A program made the translations under genes and the position numbers. Below, in pieces: positions 30,012 to 38,695 of a DNA stretch of 64,000 bases. Numbering within the stretch: the stretch's first letter is position 1; the number at the start of each line of letters is the position of its first letter. The stretch covers positions 1 to 64,000 of the forward strand of contig CBDDDZ010000002.1 in the NCBI GenBank assembly GCA_965226795.1. The letters are read 5' to 3'. The notes below the pieces were generated by a model. The model saw only the letters and a list, made by a program, of their open reading frames with translations, ran no database searches and was not told the DNA's origin. Source of the stretch: Candidatus Latescibacterota bacterium (GTDB taxonomy: Bacteria > Latescibacterota > UBA2968 > GCA-2709665).

Positions 30012-30686
30012 CTATTTCTTGCGTGCTACCAGAAGCGTATTCGGCGCCTCCCGCCAGGCGCATTGAGCGTTGAATCCGGCTTCGCGCAGGGCGGCGAGCT
30101 CGTCGTCGAGCGGGAAATAGGTGTCTTCGGAGGCCCACTCTTCGAAGTGCTCATAGGCGCGCTGTTCGTCGATGCCGCAGGAAACCAGGTGGGCTGCCCA
30201 GATGCGGTAGCACCGCTCCCGTTCTACCGGATTTGCGCTTATGTTCACGTCGGCGTTCACAAACAGCCCGCCGGGACGGAGTGCCTGGAAAACGTGCTCG
30301 TACAGGGCACGCTTGCGTGCCATCGTGGAAATATGATGCAGGGCCAGGGAAGCGGCCACGGCGTCACACGCCGGGAGCGGAGCATCGAATGAACATTCGC
30401 GAAAACGCGCGCGGGATCCGAATCGCTTGAGCCGGGTGCGGGCACGGTCCAGCATCTCGGGATCGACGTCGATAGCTTCAACGGCGCCCACGCTTTCGTG
30501 TTCGAGCATCACTTCCGCCAGGGCGCCCGTTCCCGTGCCGAGGTCCAGCACCAGGGCGGGGCGGATTCCGGCGACCTCACGGGCGATCCTGTTCAATCCT
30601 TCGTCGTAGCCCGGGATGAACCGCCGGATGGTCTCGTCGTAGGCATCGATCTCAAGACGAAGATGGCTGCGGACGGAGTGATTCAT
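30012..30686 (-). CDS. Class I SAM-dependent methyltransferase
   Basis: VLDLGTGTG, SLALHH, LRPGGLFVNAD. Confidence 0.88.
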   Translation of the reverse strand: MNHSVRSHLRLEIDAYDETIRRFIPGYDEGLNRIAREVAGIRPALVLDLGTGTGALAEVMLEHESVGAVEAIDVDPEMLDRARTRLKRFGSRARFRECSFDAPLPACDAVAASLALHHISTMARKRALYEHVFQALRPGGLFVNADVNISANPVERERCYRIWAAHLVSCGIDEQRAYEHFEEWASEDTYFPLDDELAALREAGFNAQCAWREAPNTLLVARKK

Positions 30687-30937
30687 TCGCTTTCCTTGCT
30701 CCGGGCTCGCCCGTGACAATAATGCGACCGGGTTTGCTGCTTATGTCTCTGTTTTCAATATAACATACTGTTGACAGCGTGGCTATTGTTGATCATATTT
30801 GCTTCAGTGTGTTGCAGGACGCCTCCCGTCCGCGGCAAGGGCTGAGCCCACCTGCGCCCGACCTGTCCTTCCCCGGGTAGCCTCTTTTCAGGCCCGATCA
30901 TCAGCGGACATCGGGATACTTCAGAAAGGGCGCCGCC

Positions 30938-31165
30938 GTGAATGCAAAGGCTTGTGTAAACGTGCGCTCCGATTGGGGGCACGGTTACGTAGTACAGGGC
31001 GAGACACCCCTTCACATCGCAGCCAGGTGCGGTGGAAGAGAGATGATTGAACTCCTGCTAAATGCAGGCGCCGAAAAGACGATGAAAACGGCGCTTGAAG
31101 AGACGCCGTTGGACTTCGCGAAGAAGGAAAGGCGTTCCGGGGATATTCTTGAGCTATTGAAGTAA
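30938..31165 (+). pseudogene. Ankyrin-repeat C-terminal remnant
   Basis: GETPLHIAA..G..EMIELLLNAGA and ETPLDFA; no convincing start. Confidence 0.7.
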
Positions 31166-31186
31166 TGGGTCAGGTGAATAATCAAC

Positions 31187-31219
31187 AGGCGACCCCAATT
31201 TGGGAGTCGCCTTTTTTTT
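31187..31219 (+). terminator. Intrinsic terminator
   Basis: AGGCGACCCCA-ATT-TGGGAGTCGCCT plus T run. Confidence 0.75.
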
Positions 31220-31419
31220 AAAACCGTGAGGATCTCGGCCTTTTAGCATCCCCGAATAAAGACAAGGACTGACGCGATAACCGATACGTTAATTTAAGCG
31301 GACGATTTTAAAATATGCAGAAGGTCAAGCCTCTCGCCGAAACCGGCGTAGCACAACACCCTGGTTGTTGGGCGCCGTGAAAAAATGCGATAGTGTACAG
31401 CACCGATCGCCAGATGAAA

Positions 31420-31698
31420 TCAGGTCAGAACGATGCGGAGCTGCTTGCCCAGCGCCCGCGCAGCGCGGTCCATTGTCCGCAGCGTTACGGAGGGATTGGA
31501 CGCGTCAAGCAATCGGTCCAGCGCTGAACGACTGGTTTGCATGCGCCTGGCCATCGCCGACTTGGACAGCTTGTTCTCGTCCATGAACTGACTCAACTGA
31601 TACGCAATAACGCGTTTCGTTGCCGTAGCCTCCGCTTCACTGAGAAGGCCCTCTTCTGTTAGGAATTCGTCAAAGCTGCTGCCGGCATGTTTACTCAT
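31420..31698 (-). CDS. XRE-HTH antitoxin
   Basis: GSSFDEFL, SKSAMARRMQTSRSALDRLLD; ATGA overlap with the toxin. Confidence 0.88.
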   Translation of the reverse strand: MSKHAGSSFDEFLTEEGLLSEAEATATKRVIAYQLSQFMDENKLSKSAMARRMQTSRSALDRLLDASNPSVTLRTMDRAARALGKQLRIVLT

Positions 31699-32048
31699 CT
31701 TGCCTCCCGTACCGTCATTAGCCTGGAGCGTGCCAAATGGAGATCTCTGGCGGAAGTCTTCTGACTCTTTTTGATGAAACCGTGCAACAGCAGAATTGTG
31801 CCACCGTAGACCGTAAAGAAGACTCGGGCTATTGAATCGGGCAGTGTGCTGCGGACCTCCCAAAGATCGTTGTCGAGCTTTCGGATCAGCGGCATTCCAA
31901 GAGGCCACCCGAATTGAACGGTCTTGATGTCTGCACCAATGATCCTCTTCGCCTCGCGATCCAGGCTGCGCAGCCACGATCTAACCGGTTCACGTCCTGT
32001 CGTCGTACGGAAGAAGCGAACGGTTATTGGCTTGTCTCTGTTCATCAT
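31695..32048 (-). CDS. RelE/HigB-like (Gp49-type) toxin
   Basis: GREPVRSWL, GWPLGMPL, LWEVRS, LLHGFIKKSQKT. Confidence 0.9.
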   Translation of the reverse strand: MMNRDKPITVRFFRTTTGREPVRSWLRSLDREAKRIIGADIKTVQFGWPLGMPLIRKLDNDLWEVRSTLPDSIARVFFTVYGGTILLLHGFIKKSQKTSARDLHLARSRLMTVREAR

Positions 32049-32052
32049 TCCT

Positions 32053-32080
32053 ACTGTACCAATTTTAGTACAGTTGTCAA
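32053..32080 (-). promoter_or_regulatory. TA promoter with overlapping operator
   Basis: TTGACA-N16-TACAGT; palindrome ACTGTAC-N8-GTACAGT. Confidence 0.7.
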
Positions 32081-32233
32081 GAAAAAAAATCTGAAGATCG
32101 AAAAAAAATCACGGATAGCGGCTTGCGCTTAGGGCCGATTTGCCCCGAACTGACGGCACGGTGTAAAGTAACGGTATGGCTCAGTGCTGAGCAGCTTTTT
32201 TAGTCGATTTCAAAACGCAGGTGTCGACGTACT

Positions 32234-32820
32234 CTACTTTTTCACGACAAAGTAAACATGGTTTGTTGAGTCTCTGAATTGAGGCAAATCGGACGTCTCC
32301 GCTGCGAATTCTACAATGTTTTCGTATGCCGCCGGTTCATCTTTCCTGAGCGACTCGAGGAGCGGCGCCATGCCTCCGACGAAGCCTTCTGCGCCGGCGT
32401 AGCTGACAATTCGCAGCCCTGCATCCTGGAGCTCTTTGCCGGCGATCTCGGGGTTGGACCAGTGACTTTCCGTGAAACCGGAACGTTCATGATCTTCAAA
32501 GGTCTTTTCGCCGAGCATGCTACGCAGAAAGGCGGGATTGCTGAAGCGCTTCGGGAAACCGACTATTCCGCTTCTGAGCAAGCCCCACGAATTGAGAAAG
32601 GCGACAATTGCCCTGTCGCCCGGTTTCAGAATGCGAATCATCTCACTCAAAGCCTGTGAACGATCATCCCTCTCGATCAGGTGATAAAGAGGACCGAGAA
32701 GCAGTGCGGCATCGAATGATTCGTCCTCAAAGACGCCCAGATCGCGTGCATCTCCCTGAAAAAACCGTTCTGCGCCGGTTCCTTCTGAGGCAAACGCCTG
32801 CTCTGCTCTTTCCAGTGAGC
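32234..32820 (-). pseudogene. 5'-truncated class I methyltransferase
   Basis: GDARDL, LLGPLYHL, ILKPG; motif I absent. Confidence 0.75.
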
Positions 32821-33293
32821 GAGAGAATAATGGTTTCATGACATACAACGACAACACGATGGAAGGACCGGTATTGTCCTAAAACACGATTGACACGGTC
32901 GCGCACACTGGACATCGGCTCCCAATCTCTCGTCTCAACTGGAGGCCACTCGCCTCCCAGCTTTTGCATTTCTGCCACGGTTTCGTCGACAAGCTCAATC
33001 GAATCGCGCCATCCGCAGATCCATTCGTGCAGATTAAACTCGACTCTAAGTGGAAGATCGAGTATCCGGCTGAGTATGGCAGCTGATTGGAGTGCCCGTG
33101 ACATTGGTGACGAGATAATGAGTTCAGGATTTTCAGTTGACAGGGATTTTGAAGCATTCTCAATCTGGCTGATGCCATTCTCGGTCAACGGAACGATATG
33201 TGCTGCCCATCCCACCTGGGCGCCTTTGAGATTCTCTCCGGCAGCCAAATCCCAATTGGGTTCTCCATGCCGAATGAGATAGAAAGTTGTCAA
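32810..33293 (-). pseudogene. Histidine phosphatase family protein, 3' end apparently replaced
   Basis: LIRHGE, SSPMSRALQSA, LHEW, VVCH; runs into the methyltransferase remnant. Confidence 0.75.
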
Positions 33294-33646
33294 TTCTTGA
33301 TCTCTGTCGAACTGCAATGGCGCGTAACGGTTCAGTGCCCCCGAACCGCGTGGTGAGCATTCGACTCCTGCCCGAAGTTAATTATCGAACAAGATGGCCC
33401 CGACAGCTTCGAGTCGATCTTGGCCGTCGTCATATGCGATGGTCATTAATGACGGATCGCCGATCCTGCGGTCTCTCTTGCCGTGGTGAATAAAGTGAAT
33501 ACGCATTTAGTCTGCCTGTCTTCCGGTATTTCACGTGCAGGATTCGACCGCGCCGGGTTGGGGGTGAACGCCGCGGTCACAGAGGTAACCGTGGTGTTAA
33601 GGGATGTGGGCCATCCATACGCAGGATGGCTGTGAATACCCTTCTG

Positions 33647-34231
33647 TCACGACTCGATAGGAGGAAGGTCAATCGGGGTCATTACCCCGAAAAAGCCATA
33701 CTTGATTCCGGAAGGATCTCCCTTGCCAGGTGGAAAGTACTCCTCTATGAGGCTCAGAAGCCGACGGTTGAATTCGGCCGCCTGCCCTTCCGAGAGTCGA
33801 GCGCGGTTATGGTTGACAGAGCTCTGAAAATCCGGACCGAATATGCCGTCCGCACTTTCGCGAAACGCCTGGTTAAACTGGCAAACAACCTCCGAACCGA
33901 CTGGCTCGGAGGTTCTGGCCGTCTCATCCACCGGGTCCGGGAGTCGAATCTTGCGCGCCGCCGGGAGGCAACGCCAGGCCCTCGGGTCACGACCGGTTTC
34001 TTGGAGATGTACGATATCCGATTCCGCGAGTCGCTTCAGGTGGCGGAGAACCCGGGTATCGGTAACACCCAACATCGACGATATCTCTGCCACGGATTTT
34101 CCCTCGCCAAGAGTTTCCAGGATGCGCCGCCGTAGAGGATCCGCGAGCAAAGTGACTCGTTCGTCATCGATAATAAGCACGGACCCCTTGCTGGTGTCAC
34201 CCGGGAACGTCAATTCGAGCCAGTCAGCCAT
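33647..34231 (-). CDS. ArsR-like winged-helix regulator
   Basis: LADPLRRRILETL, SVAEIS, HLKRLAESDIV. Confidence 0.8.
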   Translation of the reverse strand: MADWLELTFPGDTSKGSVLIIDDERVTLLADPLRRRILETLGEGKSVAEISSMLGVTDTRVLRHLKRLAESDIVHLQETGRDPRAWRCLPAARKIRLPDPVDETARTSEPVGSEVVCQFNQAFRESADGIFGPDFQSSVNHNRARLSEGQAAEFNRRLLSLIEEYFPPGKGDPSGIKYGFFGVMTPIDLPPIES

Positions 34232-34440
34232 TCAGATCCTCCATCGGAATGTCATTGCCTTTGTCCGATTGGACGAGCAACGATTTTCAGGGCCGTGGAC
34301 TCTGGATTCACGGGGAGAGATCAGCCTCGCCTACGGTAAGCCCCACTTGGGCCATTTCCCAGGAATACGCACGATTTTTCCGCCAATTCATACCGTATCG
34401 CTGCATTGGTGTCCGTTGCCTGCGCTGGGCCTGTCGCGGC

Positions 34441-34670
34441 GAGCCCGTTGAAACGGGCTTGTCGAAGCGCGTTCATTGAGCTTGTCGAAATGCCCGCGCT
34501 TCGCTACCTGTTGAACCCTTCGCCGCCCCTTCGACAAGCTCAGGGAGCGGCTCAGGGCAGGGCCAAAGGGCTACAGACCAGGGTCCAGGCGCAATGACTT
34601 TCAAAGCATACACTACGTTTGGTGTATGCTTTAAGCCTGTCGAAACGGGCTCGCCGACCTTCGAAAGGTC
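34441..34670. repeat. Cluster of TGAGCTTGTCGAA/TTCGACAAGCTCA REP-like units
   Basis: Perfect 13-bp inverted pair 34477-34489/34530-34542 plus partial copies. Confidence 0.6.
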
Positions 34671-34734
34671 GCAGGCACATTGCGTTCAGGGCGACTCGTC
34701 GGCTGAATTTTGGCGATCTTTTTTCGGGAAGCCC

Positions 34735-35196
34735 CTACGCAACGTCCCCGCTGACGTCCCGCATTGCTCGTTTCTTCGCCATCCTGGCTATCAAAGCCGA
34801 TCCGACGGCTGAGGCTGCACTCAGTAGAGCCACGGGACCGATTGTTACGACACCCCACAGCCACAGCGGGAAGGCAGTATTTACCGTCCCCGCAACAAAG
34901 GGAAACACGCCCACCAGCAGACCACTCACAGCACCCCAGGCGCCGACCCGAGAAAGCGACAACTCATCGAATCTGCGACGGCCCTCTGCAATCCCAACCA
35001 CTGCGGAAAAGACCGCACCGCAAAGGAAGCCCGGGTACGCCCCGATCGCCACCCACATTTCATCCATGGAACCGCTCGGATCCACGATCATCCCTGTCAG
35101 CACGCCAACGGGCGCCCATACCACGGCCCAGGCCAGGGCCACCAAAACGACACCGCAGATACGTCTAAAGCATAAGTTTATTTGGAGTCTCCACAT
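34735..35196 (-). CDS. Small four-TM membrane protein
   Basis: Four hydrophobic segments; start uncertain. Confidence 0.7.
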   Translation of the reverse strand: MWRLQINLCFRRICGVVLVALAWAVVWAPVGVLTGMIVDPSGSMDEMWVAIGAYPGFLCGAVFSAVVGIAEGRRRFDELSLSRVGAWGAVSGLLVGVFPFVAGTVNTAFPLWLWGVVTIGPVALLSAASAVGSALIARMAKKRAMRDVSGDVA

Positions 35197-35233
35197 AAAT
35201 TCGAACCTTATTCATGAATCCTGCGGATTGGGT

Positions 35234-35415
35234 CTAAGTTACAAGAATATTTCATACCGGCACGGCTTCTCGTCGATCCTGCAAGATGAGCGATATCGCA
35301 TCCCGCAGACTAGCAAGGGCTTCATTCCTGGTCTTTCCCTGTCCATTGGAACCGGGGATCTCGGGGCAACAGGCAATGATCCGTTCGTCGTCCGTTCGAT
35401 CACTGCGGTTAATTC
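35234..35415 (-). pseudogene. HicB-family antitoxin remnant
   Basis: ELTAVIER (frameshift) IIACCPEIPGSNGQGKTRNEALASLRDAISLILQDRRE. Confidence 0.75.
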
Positions 35416-35496
35416 GATATATTCGCCATGGACGCCGGGACGGAGATTTTCACGTCGTTATTCCGGATGTAGTTCGTCTGGATTAGCCTTCTACAT
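35410..35496 (-). pseudogene. Decayed paralog of the 36545-36772 antitoxin-like gene
   Basis: M*KANPDELHPE*RRENLRPGVHGEYIE vs MKKANPEELRPEYCREDLAPGVRGKYLE. Confidence 0.75.
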
Positions 35497-35601
35497 AAGA
35501 TTATATCCTCCGCCCGGTACAGTACATTAAACTTGGAGAGAAAATGTCTCACTGTATATTGGCATCTTAGGGGGAACCTGTTAACTTGCACGTGGGCGTG
35601 T

Positions 35602-36192
35602 TCACTTCTGTTTGATGAGATCTTCTCGTATCTGATGCGCCTCTTCTTTGAATCTTTGGATGCCGGCAACGAGTGAGGGTAGTCGCTCCTTCCAATGAGT
35701 CAGTTCGCGGCCCTCGTTTGACATTGTCTGGGCAACAATCTCTTTGGCTTGTTTGAGGGTAAGGGTACGGTCCTGCAGTTGAAAGGACTCCACGGCATGG
35801 TTGTATTTATCCTGGATATCGTATGTTCGTTGCTGTGCGTTTTGGAGACTCAAGAGATGATTCCCGCTTTTTCGGTAGTATTGAAGGATTCGGGTTCTCA
35901 ATTCCGAATCGTCCAAGAGAACAATCGAGTCCCGATTGTTGACATAAACATGCCGAGAATCTGCGATCTCGGAAAACAGATTGAACCAGACAATGCGACT
36001 GCGCTCCCATCCTTCAGAGATCTGGTCGTATAGCTCCAGCGAGTTGGTCAAGTCATCGGTAATTCCGACGATCAGAAGGTTTTTAAGGCGGCTAATCTTC
36101 GATTTCTCCAAGCGTGACTGAACCAACCATCCTGTCCCAGCCGCAAGGAATCCTCCAACTATTGCAGAAACAATTGTCTCCATTTTCTTCAA
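35602..36192 (-). CDS. Hypothetical protein with N-terminal TM helix
   Basis: IVSAIVGGFLAAGTGWLV followed by a helical domain; lower GC. Confidence 0.7.
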   Translation of the reverse strand: MKKMETIVSAIVGGFLAAGTGWLVQSRLEKSKISRLKNLLIVGITDDLTNSLELYDQISEGWERSRIVWFNLFSEIADSRHVYVNNRDSIVLLDDSELRTRILQYYRKSGNHLLSLQNAQQRTYDIQDKYNHAVESFQLQDRTLTLKQAKEIVAQTMSNEGRELTHWKERLPSLVAGIQRFKEEAHQIREDLIKQK

Positions 36193-36258
36193 GCCTCTAT
36201 GAGATGGTGTCGTTTTTAGTTTTCGTGCGCAATTTATCGATATGTGTTCGTAGAGTAT

Positions 36259-36346
36259 CTACAACGGCGCGATTGGCGTTTGACTGCGGAACTAGCGAAC
36301 CCCTACGGTAATCCGCACCAGAACTGTCGATTCTCAGTCGTTCGGG
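36259..36346 (-). other. attC-like imperfect hairpin
   Basis: Minus strand CCCGAAC...GTTGTAG; inner arms GATTGGCG/TGTCGATT and TGCGGA/TCCGCA. Confidence 0.4.
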
Positions 36347-36367
36347 AAGGTAAGTCACGGAGATATT

Positions 36368-36503
36368 TGCATTCCCAATATACTAAAAAATGCCCCCTAA
36401 GAGGGCATCGTCTCCAGTCAAAAGCAGTCTCCTGCCAATCCATCAATGCACCCGGTGGGCTCGGCATCATTGAATCATCCAGACACGGGACCCCGCAGCG
36501 GTA
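36368..36503 (-). repeat. 136-bp element copy A with terminator
   Basis: Gapless alignment to 38039-38174; ATGCCCTC-TTA-GGGGGCAT plus T run on the minus strand. Confidence 0.75.
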
Positions 36504-36544
36504 CCGGGGGTGTTACAGGAAAGTGCCAAAGTCGACCCTGTATC

Positions 36545-36772
36545 TCAACCGCTGCTCTTGCCAGCGTCCGCCGGTCCTTTGTCCGCGTTCATAAATGACC
36601 GAAGCGCATCATTTACGGCTTCCTCGGTTGGAAATGCCTTCGCGACGTCAGGTTGTAGCAAAACCAGGTTGGTCCCTGATCGGAAAGATTCCAGATACTT
36701 TCCGCGGACGCCGGGAGCGAGATCTTCACGGCAATATTCAGGACGAAGCTCTTCCGGATTAGCCTTCTTCAT
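36545..36772 (-). CDS. Small BrnA-like antitoxin-type protein (orphan)
   Basis: ELRPEY, GVRGKY, LVLLQPDVAKAFPTEEAVNDALR. Confidence 0.7.
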   Translation of the reverse strand: MKKANPEELRPEYCREDLAPGVRGKYLESFRSGTNLVLLQPDVAKAFPTEEAVNDALRSFMNADKGPADAGKSSG

Positions 36773-36786
36773 AGATGCTCCGCACC

Positions 36787-36868
36787 GCCCAACACGATAA
36801 ATAAGACTCTGATGGGAATTTGACTCACTCTATACTGGCACGTAGGGAATAACCCCTGTCAGTTAGTC
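36787..36868 (-). other. attC-like site
   Basis: GACTAAC just after the upstream stop; canonical GTTGGGC just before the next RBS; imperfect hairpin between. Confidence 0.4.
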
Positions 36869-36869
36869 T

Positions 36870-37466
36870 TTAATTTGGGTTTCTCCACGTTCTGATCTGT
36901 GATCGGATCCTTTCCAGGCCTGACTTCATACGTTCTAATTGGATATTATCAAGATGTACTTTAGGTCTCATCATGAGAAATTCAGTCGCATCATACGCTA
37001 CCGTGAGAACTCGAGACAAACTTGCACGTTCGATTGACCAGAAGTCGATATTGCAATGCACAAAGTTGTTTCTAAGTTCGTCGTGTAGGTAGTAGAGGTC
37101 ATCTTTGACCTGCTCGGAAAACACAGCAGATCCTTCGCATCCAAGTGTATGCTTCCGGACCCTCCTAAACAGTTCTTTAAAGTCAGCAAGACGTTCCTGC
37201 GTATTATATTCTGTGTTCGGATTCTGCAATGATTCCTTATGCCACTTCAGGAACTCCTTCTGCGACTTCTTATCGAGTGCGCCAATGTTTGCACTTCCGC
37301 TTAATGCGCACACCATAGCGCCTTGCAGCATGTCATGAGTCGCGATGATAAGCCATTTGACATACAGGTGCTGCTCCTCAATCCTCAGCGCCAACTCGGC
37401 ACAGAGGTCGATCGCGCAGAGGACGTTTTCAGTCTTTTCAAACCGAAACCATTCGGGCAAACCCAC
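36870..37466 (-). CDS. Hypothetical protein with HEPN-like RxxxxH motif
   Basis: LRNNFVH in a helical 198-aa protein; AAGGAG RBS; lower GC. Confidence 0.6.
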   Translation of the reverse strand: MGLPEWFRFEKTENVLCAIDLCAELALRIEEQHLYVKWLIIATHDMLQGAMVCALSGSANIGALDKKSQKEFLKWHKESLQNPNTEYNTQERLADFKELFRRVRKHTLGCEGSAVFSEQVKDDLYYLHDELRNNFVHCNIDFWSIERASLSRVLTVAYDATEFLMMRPKVHLDNIQLERMKSGLERIRSQIRTWRNPN

Positions 37467-37604
37467 CCCTTACTCCTTGGTCTATTTGACTTACGCGCAC
37501 TTACACCAGGTACGGATCGCCAGTCTTTCATTACATTAAAGGCATCCGGACGACCGAGCCCCGAAGGGTAAACGGCAACTTCTGCAGTTTTCGCATCGAT
37601 GTTT

Positions 37605-37898
37605 CTATTTATTCCGACTGGTGTTTTGACGATCCGCGATACAGGCCGTAATTCCACTAATGATCCCGTCCGCGTAGCCTTTTGAATAGTGCTCGTTGTC
37701 CCACTCGCCGGCTATCAGTGTGCCCCGGATTTCACAAGCAGTATTTTATCCAGCCGCATAACCGTCACTATACCCTGGATCGTACCGGGAGTCATCGTCG
37801 TGGGATAGTATCCTAATTAACGATCCGATCGCAATCAAGGCACAAACCACCGTCAACATCTTTGCCTAAATAGAAGAGATCTACCTTGTCTCCCGCAT
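37605..37898 (-). pseudogene. Small membrane/secreted protein pseudogene
   Basis: GAGGAG RBS, hydrophobic stretch, repeated Y..GY.DG motifs, three in-frame stops. Confidence 0.55.
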
Positions 37899-37949
37899 TA
37901 AGATTCTCCTCTGGAACTAGGCCAGAGCTGCTGGCAGTTTCTGTATTTC

Positions 37950-38018
37950 ACAAAACCGGCGTATTACCAAACAGTGAGGACAATATGCAGTTGAATAGAG
38001 GGTCGATATTCGTTAGGC
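37950..38018 (-). other. attC-like site
   Basis: Minus strand GCCTAAC-GAA-TATCGACC...GGTAATA-CGCCG-GTTTTGT, with an extra base in the first L box. Confidence 0.5.
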
Positions 38019-38038
38019 AATAACGCACTTTGGAAGGT

Positions 38039-38174
38039 GGTATTCCGAACAAATTTAAAAATGCCCCCTTAGGGGGCATCTTCTCTGATCAATACCTGTC
38101 TGCCTTTTATTCGTCAATTCATCCGGCGGGCTCCGATAGATTGAGTTATCCTGATCCGTGACGCTTTATTGGTA
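38039..38174 (-). repeat. 136-bp element copy B with terminator
   Basis: Gapless alignment to 36368-36503; ATGCCCCC-TAA-GGGGGCAT plus T run. Confidence 0.75.
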
Positions 38175-38396
38175 TTATGCGGTTTCGTTGTTTATCCCTC
38201 GCAGACCAACCGGCAGTGGATCGCCATGTTCCCTGCAGGATTCGACCAGCTTTCTGGCCACATCTTGCGCGATTTCAACCGCTTCTGCCACAGTTCGCCC
38301 TTGCGCCACCAGTCCGGCGAAATCTTTCGACGTAGCCAGGTAATGGCCGTTTTCTACTCGCCTTATTTGAAGACGAAGCCGATATTCCTCTGGCAT
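38175..38396 (-). CDS. HicB/DUF1902-like antitoxin (orphan)
   Basis: YLATSKDFAGLVAQGRTVAEAVEIAQDV, EHGDPLP. Confidence 0.8.
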   Translation of the reverse strand: MPEEYRLRLQIRRVENGHYLATSKDFAGLVAQGRTVAEAVEIAQDVARKLVESCREHGDPLPVGLRGINNETA

Positions 38397-38695
38397 TTTC
38401 TGCTCCTATTTAAAGCGATGTACCCGGTGAGATACACTCTACGTAATCATTCCCCTTTCGGTTGCCGAATCTCAAGCACGGCCGGTGTGGGTGTAACCAG
38501 AACTTTTGCCCAGAGCCCGCGCCCTAGGTCTGCCGAATGGTGTCGAAGGGTTGCCGAAGTCGCGGGCGCCAATGGCCCCCCGCGGCGTAGTTCGGTTTGT
38601 TATCAGAAGGCGCAGGCCCGATGTGGTACAGACGCCTGGGATTGAAGGGTAGATTCTGGTTCTCTTAATGAAGAAAACGCTGCGCATCAAATTCC

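Noticed and set aside
36368..36503. Known riboswitch (e.g. c-di-GMP) identity for the 136-bp repeat
   Set aside because: No consensus I recognise matches, and it lies after genes rather than in an obvious leader
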